Shown: one piece after another, positions 1 to 7,300 of the stretch
Numbering within the stretch: position 1 is the first letter of the stretch
How the letters are laid out: every line of letters begins with the position of its first letter
Origin: Mycobacteriales bacterium
Lineage (GTDB): Bacteria; Actinomycetota; Actinomycetes; JAFAQI01
Assembly (NCBI GenBank): GCA_035547035.1
Contig: DASZVL010000039.1
Location: 32,808 to 96,807 of the forward strand
Length of the DNA stretch: 64,000 nucleotides
Direction: 5' to 3'
Translations under genes and position numbers: made by a program
The notes under the pieces: generated by a model
Database searches by the model: none
What the model was told of the DNA's origin: nothing
What the model saw: the letters and a program-made list of their open reading frames with translations, nothing else

Positions 1-2
1 AC

Positions 3-152
3 CGCGACACCGATCTGGAACGCCTCGCCGGGCTCGGCGCACAGGAGGTCACCCGCGAGCACAAATGGGCCGTGATGCGCGACCCGTCCGGGCAGCCGTT
101 CTGCCTGTGTCCTGCGTCTAGTTGTGCACAAGGGAGCGGGTGCATCGAATGA
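3..152 (+). CDS. VOC/glyoxalase-family protein, C-terminal fragment (5' end outside window)
   Basis: Frame 3 reads ...DLERLAGLGAQEVTREHKWAVMRDPSGQPFCLC... to TGA at 150-152. It is paralogous to the C-terminus of the next ORF (EVARLVALGATEVERIHSWVVMRDPVGILFCVV). Its TGA overlaps the next ATG (ATGA at 149-152). Confidence 0.6.
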   Translation, partial: RDTDLERLAGLGAQEVTREHKWAVMRDPSGQPFCLCPASSCAQGSGCIE

Positions 153-529
153 GCCACCGCAGCCGGTTGTGCGCCGCACTCGTCGACGTACGGGCGGAGA
201 CCTACGACGCCACTGTGCACTTCTGGGGCGCCGCGCTCGACCGCACGGGCGAGGTGAGCGAGCAGGACCCGGACTACACCGTCTTCGGCGAGGTCGCCCC
301 AGGCGTGACCTTCATGGTTCAGCGGGTCGACGCCCCGGACCGGGTCCACCTCGACATCGAGACCGACGACGTCGAGGCCGAGGTGGCCCGGCTCGTCGCG
401 CTGGGCGCGACAGAGGTCGAGCGGATCCACTCCTGGGTCGTGATGCGCGACCCGGTCGGAATTTTGTTCTGCGTCGTACGCATCCAGTCCCCCGAGGCGT
501 TCGAGGCGAGCGCGACGACCTGGGCCTAG
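149..529 (+). CDS. VOC (glyoxalase/bleomycin-resistance/dioxygenase) family protein
   Basis: Track ORF 122..529 trimmed to the ATG at 149 (MSHRSRLCAALVDV...). Small beta-alpha-beta-beta-beta type sequence with ...VHLDIETDDVEAEVARLVALGA... typical of VOC proteins. Confidence 0.7.
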   Translation: MSHRSRLCAALVDVRAETYDATVHFWGAALDRTGEVSEQDPDYTVFGEVAPGVTFMVQRVDAPDRVHLDIETDDVEAEVARLVALGATEVERIHSWVVMRDPVGILFCVVRIQSPEAFEASATTWA

Positions 530-1302
530 TGGGGGGTCGGGATCCAGGAGACGCGACCGGCGAGCTCGGCGTACCCGACGAAGGCCACCGCGTCGATCAG
601 CGTGTGCGCGATCAGCAGGGGCATGACGCGACCCCACTTCTGGTAGATCCGGCCGAAGATCAGGCCCATGACGGCGTTGCCCGCGAAGCCGCCGAGGCCC
701 TGGTAGAGGTGGTAGCTGCCACGGAGGACGGCGCTGGTGGCCAGCGCTTTGTTGTCCGACCAGCCGAACTGCCGCAGCCGGTGCAGCAGGTAACCGACGA
801 CGAGGACCTCTTCCAGGGTCGCGTTCTGCAACGCGGACAGCAGCAGGATCGGGATCCGCCACCACACGCTCGGCAGCGCCTCGGGAACCACCGTGAGATC
901 GAGGCCGGCCGCGCGGCTCCCGAGATACAGGCCCAGGCCGGCCCCACCGATGACCGCCGCGATGGCGGCGCCCTGCAGCCCGTCCGTGCGCGGCCGAGTG
1001 AGGTCGACCCCGATGTCGCGAGGCCGCTCCCCTGAGCGGGTGAGGAAGTGGATGACCAGCAAGACCGGGAGGACGCCGACGATCAGCGAGTCGAGCTGAA
1101 GGAACAGGTCCAGCCATGGGCGGCCCGGGGCCTCGCTGCCATTGAGCAGCGCCACCTGCGACGTCAGCGAGGCGCCGGACGCTACATCGGCAAGCAGGTC
1201 GATCGCGGCCCGTACGCCGGCCGCACCGAGTGAGAGCGCGAAGACCAGCCAGACCTCGCGAACCAGCCAGCGCCGCGGCGCCTGAAGTCCTTCTGCGATC
1301 AC
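526..1302 (-). CDS. CPBP family intramembrane glutamic endopeptidase (CAAX protease/Abi-like)
   Basis: C-terminal 259 aa of track ORF 526..1854. Multi-pass membrane protein with the EE..(ATLEEVLVVGYLL), FxxxH-like (LRGSYHLYQG) and IAHTLID motifs of CPBP proteases. GTG at 1302-1300 overlaps the upstream TGA (GTGA). Confidence 0.75.
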   Translation of the reverse strand: MIAEGLQAPRRWLVREVWLVFALSLGAAGVRAAIDLLADVASGASLTSQVALLNGSEAPGRPWLDLFLQLDSLIVGVLPVLLVIHFLTRSGERPRDIGVDLTRPRTDGLQGAAIAAVIGGAGLGLYLGSRAAGLDLTVVPEALPSVWWRIPILLLSALQNATLEEVLVVGYLLHRLRQFGWSDNKALATSAVLRGSYHLYQGLGGFAGNAVMGLIFGRIYQKWGRVMPLLIAHTLIDAVAFVGYAELAGRVSWIPTPH

Positions 1303-1979
1303 TCGTTGATATCGGTGTCGCCAAGCGGCCCGAACGGGCTCAGCAGATCGAGGTAGGGCGTCGGGTCGCCGAGCCAGTCCATCGCGGCAACCTGCCGCCC
1401 GCTCCGCCGACCCGACATAACGCGGACCAGGTCGAACTTCGAGGCGGTGAACGTCGCGCCGCCCGGTGCACCCATCGACCACCCGTCGCCATCCGTGAGC
1501 TCCAGCTCCAGCCCCGCGTCCTTCGCGACCTTGACCGCACGGGCACCGAAGCCGTTCACCGCAAAGTTGAGCGCGGCATCGTCGAGCGACGAGGGCGCGC
1601 CGAGCGCGCCATTGATGTCCTGCTCGTGCGTGACGATGTCCATGCTGATCGCGGGCAGCTGACCTGACCGGCAGACTCCGTCGATCGCCTCCCGCATCCC
1701 GCTCCACTCGTCGAGCAGCTGCGCCACCGAGTGGCCACGGCGCGCCTCGACCTGTGCCTGGGTCCAGGTCGGCGTGGCGACGCCGTCGAGGTTGCCGGCG
1801 ATGAGGTCGGCGGGTCCGCCGACGAGGTGCGCAAGCAGGTCGCGCACGTTCCACAGCGGCGTGCTCGGCACGGTGCGGCCCAGGTCGTCGGACCCGAGGC
1901 GGACGACGAGTCCGCTGATCCGTTCCGCGCTCGAGGCGTACACGCTCGCGATCTGGTCACCAGTGGGTCGGGTGCTCAC
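1299..1979 (-). CDS. Mycothiol-dependent maleylpyruvate-isomerase-like / DinB-fold (TIGR03083-type) protein
   Basis: 226-aa ORF. The N-terminus (...ERISGLVVRLGSDDLGRTVPSTPLWNVRDLLAHLVGG...) is the characteristic DinB/MDMPI N-terminal metal-binding domain. GTG start. Confidence 0.7.
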   Translation of the reverse strand: MSTRPTGDQIASVYASSAERISGLVVRLGSDDLGRTVPSTPLWNVRDLLAHLVGGPADLIAGNLDGVATPTWTQAQVEARRGHSVAQLLDEWSGMREAIDGVCRSGQLPAISMDIVTHEQDINGALGAPSSLDDAALNFAVNGFGARAVKVAKDAGLELELTDGDGWSMGAPGGATFTASKFDLVRVMSGRRSGRQVAAMDWLGDPTPYLDLLSPFGPLGDTDINE

Positions 1980-1988
1980 CGGGGAAAC

Positions 1989-2492
1989 CTATCGAGCCGC
2001 GAGCGCCTCTGACACCACGCGATAGGCAAGGCTCGGGCCGAAGCCCTTGCGCCCGAGCATCCCGACCAGGCGTCGGGTGGCGACGTCGCGCGGGAGGTTT
2101 CGCATCGACCGCAGCTTGCGCTCCACCAGCGCCTGCGCGGCGACCACCTCATCGTCGGTCGAGACGGTCGACAGAGCGTCCGCGGCGAGCTCGTCGTCGA
2201 CGCCCCGCCGCTTCAGCTCTGCGGCAAGGGCCCGGCGCCCGAGTCCACGACCGTGGTGGCGCGAGTCGACCCAGGCTTCGGCGAATGCCTTGTCGTCGAT
2301 CAGGCCGACCTCGGTGAACCGGTCGAGCACCCGCTCACTGGCGTCGGCCGGCACCCCGCGCTTCGCCATAGCCGTGGCGAGCTCGGCGCGGGTCCGGGGC
2401 GATCGCTCGAGCAGTCGCAGCGCGATGGTTCGAGCGACCGACTCTGCAGACTCAAACCCAGGATCGGCGTCGGGGTCGAGGTCCGTACTCAG
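1989..2492 (-). CDS. recX: Recombination regulator RecX (5' end uncertain; no canonical start codon)
   Basis: Track ORF 1989..2369 is RecX-like (three-repeat helical protein directly downstream of recA). The same frame stays open upstream to an in-frame stop at 2631-2633. It encodes ...[37 protein letters not shown]..., the conserved RecX N-terminus, but contains no ATG/GTG/TTG. CTG at 2492-2490 overlaps the recA TGA. Confidence 0.8.
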   Translation of the reverse strand: MSTDLDPDADPGFESAESVARTIALRLLERSPRTRAELATAMAKRGVPADASERVLDRFTEVGLIDDKAFAEAWVDSRHHGRGLGRRALAAELKRRGVDDELAADALSTVSTDDEVVAAQALVERKLRSMRNLPRDVATRRLVGMLGRKGFGPSLAYRVVSEALAAR

Positions 2493-3580
2493 AACTCGAC
2501 CGGCTCCGGGACGCTCACCGCGGTGAGGTCGATCGGGGCGTCGATGTCCGGAGCAGCAGCCGTCTCCTCCGCGGGTGCGTCGACGCGTGGCCCGATGCCG
2601 AGCTTCTCCTTGATCTTCTTCTCGATCTCGTCAGCGAGGTCCGGGTTGTCGCGCAGGAAGCCGCGGGCATTCTCCTTGCCCTGACCGAGCTGGTCGGCCT
2701 CGTAGGTGTACCAAGCGCCGGACTTGCGGACGATGCCCTGCTCGACACCGAGGTCGATGATGCTGCCCTCGCGGCTGATCCCCTCGCCGTAGATGATGTC
2801 GAACTCGGCTTGCTTGAACGGCGGCGAGACCTTGTTCTTCACGACCTTGACGCGGGTCCGGTTGCCGACCGCGTCCTGACCGTCCTTGAGGGTCTCGATC
2901 CGGCGAACGTCGAGCCGCACCGACGCGTAGAACTTCAGCGCCTTGCCACCGGTGGTCGTCTCGGGTGAGCCGAAGAAGACACCGATCTTCTCGCGCAGCT
3001 GGTTGATGAAGATCGCGGTCGTCCCGCTGACGGCAAGAGCTCCGGTGATCTTGCGGAGCGCCTGGCTCATCAGGCGGGCCTGCAGGCCGACGTGCGAGTC
3101 ACCCATCTCGCCCTCGATCTCCGCCTTGGGAACCAGCGCGGCGACCGAGTCGATGACGAGGATGTCGATCGCGCCGGAGCGGATCAGCATGTCGGCGATC
3201 TCGAGCGCCTGCTCACCGGTGTCGGGCTGGGACACCAGCAGCTCGTCGATGTCGACACCGAGCGCCTTGGCGTACTCGGGATCGAGGGCGTGCTCGGCGT
3301 CGATGAACGCCGCGATGCCGCCGGCCCGTTGCGCGTTGGCGACCGCGTGCAGCGCGACAGTCGTCTTGCCGGAGGCCTCCGGACCGTAGATCTCGATGAT
3401 CCGGCCGCGCGGCAGGCCGCCGATGCCCAGCGCCACGTCGAGCGAGATGGCACCGGTCGGGATGACCTCGATCGGCGCGCGGGTCTCGTCACCGAGCCGC
3501 ATGACCGCGCCCTTGCCGTGCTGCTTCTCGATCTGGCCGAGCGCTGCTTCCAGCGCCTTGTCGCGGTCGAAGCCTGCCAT
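2489..3580 (-). CDS. recA: Recombinase RecA (no intein)
   Basis: 363 aa. Walker [10 protein letters not shown], ...[35 protein letters not shown]..., full-length collinear RecA. Confidence 0.99.
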   Translation of the reverse strand: MAGFDRDKALEAALGQIEKQHGKGAVMRLGDETRAPIEVIPTGAISLDVALGIGGLPRGRIIEIYGPEASGKTTVALHAVANAQRAGGIAAFIDAEHALDPEYAKALGVDIDELLVSQPDTGEQALEIADMLIRSGAIDILVIDSVAALVPKAEIEGEMGDSHVGLQARLMSQALRKITGALAVSGTTAIFINQLREKIGVFFGSPETTTGGKALKFYASVRLDVRRIETLKDGQDAVGNRTRVKVVKNKVSPPFKQAEFDIIYGEGISREGSIIDLGVEQGIVRKSGAWYTYEADQLGQGKENARGFLRDNPDLADEIEKKIKEKLGIGPRVDAPAEETAAAPDIDAPIDLTAVSVPEPVEF

Positions 3581-3708
3581 GTCCGCCCTCTCTGTCTCAC
3601 CGTGCGTGGCCGCTCACCTGCGGTCGCGATCCGCAAGCTAGAGAGGGGCTCCGACGGTTTCGGGGACCCCGTCCAACCTGTGGACGACCGAGCGATGAGG
3701 ACCATCAT

Positions 3709-3724
3709 GCGAACAAGTGTTCGA
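3709..3724. promoter_or_regulatory. LexA SOS box (actinobacterial type) upstream of recA
   Basis: GCGAAC-AAGT-GTTCGA versus the actinobacterial consensus TCGAAC-N4-GTTCGA (one mismatch), about 130 nt upstream of the recA ATG. Confidence 0.8.
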
Positions 3725-3950
3725 TTCGTCCAGCGCAACACGCCGAGGTTCGCGGGACAACTCGAAACCCAAAAGCAAAACCCGCAACAACCAGGGATGA
3801 GCTGGCTGGGCGGCCGGCTTGCGCTGCCCCGCTCGCCTTCCAGCCCCAGCCCGCACCCGATGTGACATTGCTGCCGGATTTCGTGGCGGGTGTTGCCAAT
3901 GTCCGGTTCCGATGACAGCAATTCCACATTGCATGCGGGTAAGAGCCCAA

Positions 3951-4022
3951 CAGCGCGACGCAACCGGGCAGCGCGACGCAACCTGGTAGCGACCCGCAAG
4001 GTGGCAGCGCGACGCAACGTGG
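3951..4022. repeat. Tandem direct repeat, 4 x 18 bp (3 near-identical units, 1 degenerate)
   Basis: Units cagcgcgacgcaaccggg / cagcgcgacgcaacctgg / tagcgacccgcaaggtgg / cagcgcgacgcaacgtgg. The 14-nt core CAGCGCGACGCAAC is identical in units 1, 2 and 4. Lies in the 509-bp DUF3046-recA intergenic region. Confidence 0.9.
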
Positions 4023-4089
4023 CGGCGGACCGCAGGGGCGAACCAACTCCCCCATTAGTAGCGCTCTTGCTTTTGATCTTGAGATGCCC

Positions 4090-4287
4090 TCAGTGCCGGA
4101 TGTTCACCGGCAGCTCGAAGTGGTCGCAGACCGCGAGCCACACCTGCTTCGGGGCGATCCCGGCCTCCAGCGCGGCCAGCGGGCTGCGGCCACCGAGTGC
4201 GCTGATCACCTGGTCACGCGCGACGGCGTCGGCGTAGGCGGGACCGAACTGCTCCCGCATCCGCTCCCAGAACTCCGTCACGCGCAC
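4090..4287 (-). CDS. DUF3046 domain protein (recA-linked small protein, Rv2738c-like)
   Basis: C-terminal 65 aa of track ORF 4090..4533: V-RVTEFWERMREQFGPAYADAVARDQVISALGGRSPLAALEAGIAPKQVWLAVCDHFELP. GTG start at 4287 (alternatives 4296 or 4281). Confidence 0.75.
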   Translation of the reverse strand: MRVTEFWERMREQFGPAYADAVARDQVISALGGRSPLAALEAGIAPKQVWLAVCDHFELPVNIRH

Positions 4288-4289
4288 GG

Positions 4290-4312
4290 TTGTCACAGTA
4301 GGAGACAACAAT
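4290..4312 (+). promoter_or_regulatory. Candidate RecA-independent DNA-damage promoter (RecA-NDp/PafBC-type) for lhr; predicts a leaderless mRNA
   Basis: TTGTCACAG-N8-AACAAT versus the published tTGTCRgtg-N8-TAnnnT. The hexamer ends 6 nt before the lhr GTG at 4319. Confidence 0.35.
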
Positions 4313-4318
4313 GACGGG

Positions 4319-7300
4319 GTGAGCCCGACGACCAGTCCGCTGAACAGGTTCGGACCTGCCACGAGGGAGTGGTTCACGTCCTCCTTCGAGGCGGCGACAC
4401 CGGCGCAGGCCGGTGCCTGGGACGCGATCGCGTCAGGCGCGCACTCCCTCGTCATCGCCCCGACCGGCTCGGGCAAGACGCTCGCCGCATTCCTGTCGGC
4501 CCTCGACCGGTTGACGACGTCCGCGCGCGTCACCGACCCCGGTCAGCGATGCCGCGTCGTCTACGTCAGCCCGCTGAAGGCACTCGCGGTCGACGTCGAG
4601 CGCAACCTGCGCGCACCCCTCGCCGGCATCCGTCACGCCGCCAAGCGAATCGGTACGACGCTTCCGGCCGACGGTGACCTGACCATCGCGATGCGGACCG
4701 GCGACACGACGCCGGACGCTCGGCGCGCGTTCCAGAAGAGCTCCGCCGACATCCTGATCACCACACCCGAGTCGCTCTACCTCCTGCTCACCAGCAAGGC
4801 GCGCGAGTCACTCGGCGGCGTCGACACCGTCATCGTCGACGAGATCCACGCGATCGCCGGCACCAAGCGCGGCGCGCACCTTGCCCTCACGCTCGAGCGG
4901 CTCGACGAGCGGCTCGACAAGCCGGCCCAGCGGATCGGGCTGTCCGCGACGGTGCGTCCGGTCGAGGAGATTGCGATGTTCCTCGCCGGCGGCCGACCGG
5001 TCACCGTCGTCCAGCCGCCGGCGGACAAGACCGTGGGTGTCGAGGTCGTCGTGCCGGTCGAGGACATGACCGAGCCGGGCACCGACACCGCCAGCATCTG
5101 GCCGTTGCTCGATGACCGGATCGCCTCGCTCATCGACGCGCACCGCTCCACCATCGTCTTCGCGAACTCCCGCCGCCTCGCCGAGCGGCTCACGACGCGC
5201 CTCAACGAGCTCGCGTCGGACCGTGCCGGCGAACCGACTGTCGTCGCGCGTGCCCATCACGGCAGCGTCAGCCACGAGCAGCGAGCAATCACCGAGGAGG
5301 CGCTGAAGCGCGGGGAGCTGCCGTGCGTCGTCGCGACGTCGAGCCTCGAGCTCGGCATCGACATGGGCGCGGTCGACCTCGTCGTACAGGTGGAGTCGCC
5401 CCCTTCGGTCGCCAGCGGACTGCAGCGCATCGGCCGCGCCGGGCACCAGGTCGGCGCGCGAAGCGACGGCGTGATGTTCCCGAAGCACCGAGGCGACCTG
5501 GTCGCCAGCGCGGTGACCGCCGAGCGGATCCAGTCGGGGCAGATCGAGGCGATCGCGATGCCTCGAAACCCGCTCGACGTGCTCGCCCAGCAGATCGTCG
5601 CGATGCTCGCGATGGACGACTTCACGGTCGAGGAGATCGCAAGCCTCGTTCGACGGGCGGCTCCGTACGCCTCACTGCCCGACTCCGCACTGCACGCGAC
5701 GCTCGACATGCTCGCCGGCCGCTACCCGAGCGACGAGTTCGCCGAGCTTCGCCCGCGCGTCGTGTGGGACCGGGTGACCGATGTCGTCACGGGACGGCCC
5801 GGGACGCAACGGCTGGCGGTGACGAGCGGCGGAACCATCCCCGACCGCGGCCTGTTCGGCGTCTACCTCGCCGGCTCCACCAGCCGGGTCGGCGAGCTCG
5901 ACGAGGAGATGGTCTACGAGTCCCGGGTCGGCGAGGTCTTCACCCTCGGCTCCTCCACGTGGCGCATCGACGACATCACGCACGACCGCGTGATCGTCTC
6001 GCCGGCCCCCGGCCAGCCCGGCAAGATGCCGTTCTGGCACGGCGACACGATCGGCCGACCGATCGAGCTCGGCCGCGCGATGGGCGAGTTCGTCCGTGAG
6101 CTCGGTCGGATCGGCGCGCCGGCCGCGCGCGAGCGGCTGACCGGGATCGGCTTCGACGAGTGGGCCGCCGACAACACCATGCGCTACCTCGACGAGCAAC
6201 GAGCATCCACGGGGCACCTCCCGGACGACCGCACGATCGTGGTCGAACGGTTCCGCGACGAGCTCGGTGACTGGCGCGTCGTCGTCCACTCTCCGTTCGG
6301 GGCGCGTGTCCACGCGCCGTGGGGGCTTGCACTGGGAAGCGTGCTGCGCGAGCGCACCGGGCTCGACGTACAGGTCATGCACTCCGATGACGGCATCGTC
6401 ATCCGGCTGCCCGACACCGACGACACACCTCCAGCCGACGTCGCCGTGCTCGACCCCGACGAGATCGAGGCGATCGTGACGCGCGAGCTCGGCGGCTCGG
6501 CGTTGTTCGCCTCACGCTTCCGCGAGTGCGCGGCGCGGGCGTTGCTGCTTCCCACCCGCTCGCCGGGGAAGCGGACGCCGCTGTGGCAGCAGCGGCAGCG
6601 CTCGGCTCAGCTGCTTTCGGTCGCGTCGCGGTACGGCGAGTTCCCGGTCGTGCTCGAGACGGTGCGCGAGTGCCTGCAGGACGTGTTCGACCTTCCAGGT
6701 CTCGTCTCGCTGATGCGCGCCATCGCGGGACGAGCCGTGCGGGTCGTCGACGTCGAGACACAGGTGCCCTCGCCGTACGCCCGGTCGTTGCTGTTCGACT
6801 ACGTCGGCGCCTTCATGTACGAAGGCGACCAGCCGCTCGCCGAACGCAAGGCCGCCGCGCTTGCGCTTGACTCCACGCTGCTCGCCGAGCTGCTCGGCAC
6901 CGCCGAGCTTCGCGAGCTGCTCGACCCCGAAGCAGTTGCCGAGGTGGAGGCCGAGCTTGCCTGGCTCACCCCGGAGCGGCGGCTGGGCACTGTCGAGGCG
7001 GTCGCCGACGCGCTGCGGGTGCTCGGCGACCTCACCACGGACGAGCTGCTCGCGCGCGGCGCGACGCCGAGCTTCCTCGCCGACCTGGAAGAGCAGCGCC
7101 GCGCGATCCGGGTGAGGATCGCCGGCGAGGAACGATGGCTCGCGGTCGAGGACAGCGCGCGGGTGCGGGACGCCCTCGGCGTGCCGCTGCCCGTCGGTGT
7201 GCCGCAGGCATTCCTCGACCCGGTCGCCGAGCCGCTCACTGACCTGCTGTCGCGCTACGCGCGGCGGCGAGGGCCGTTCGTGACCGCCGATGCGGCAGCC

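Noticed and set aside
2489-3580. A possible intein in recA, as in some mycobacteria.
   Set aside because: The 363-aa product is collinear with standard RecA, with no insertion.
3893-3922. A second RecA-NDp-like promoter for recA (minus strand CTGTCATCG-N8-CATTGG).
   Set aside because: It matches only the TGTC core, the -10-like hexamer lacks the terminal T, and it lies more than 300 nt from the recA start. Too weak to call.
3951-4022. The tandem repeats as a CRISPR array.
   Set aside because: The units are contiguous 18-mers with no unique spacers. There are only four copies and no cas genes in the window.
3770-4076. The 9-bp AT-rich inverted pair CAAAAGCAA/TTGCTTTTG as termini of a MITE.
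   Set aside because: The arms are only 9 bp, I could see no target-site duplication, and no second copy is visible in the window. It is mentioned within the spacer finding but not called as a mobile element.
3890-4237. ORF 3890..4237 (+, 115 aa), containing the hexapeptide repeat ARRNxx followed by a hydrophobic LVALLLLIL stretch, as a possible small membrane protein.
   Set aside because: Third-codon-position GC is weak compared with real genes here. The 3' half runs antisense through the well-supported DUF3046 gene, and all frames are open across the repeat. I kept it only as a caveat in the tandem-repeat finding.
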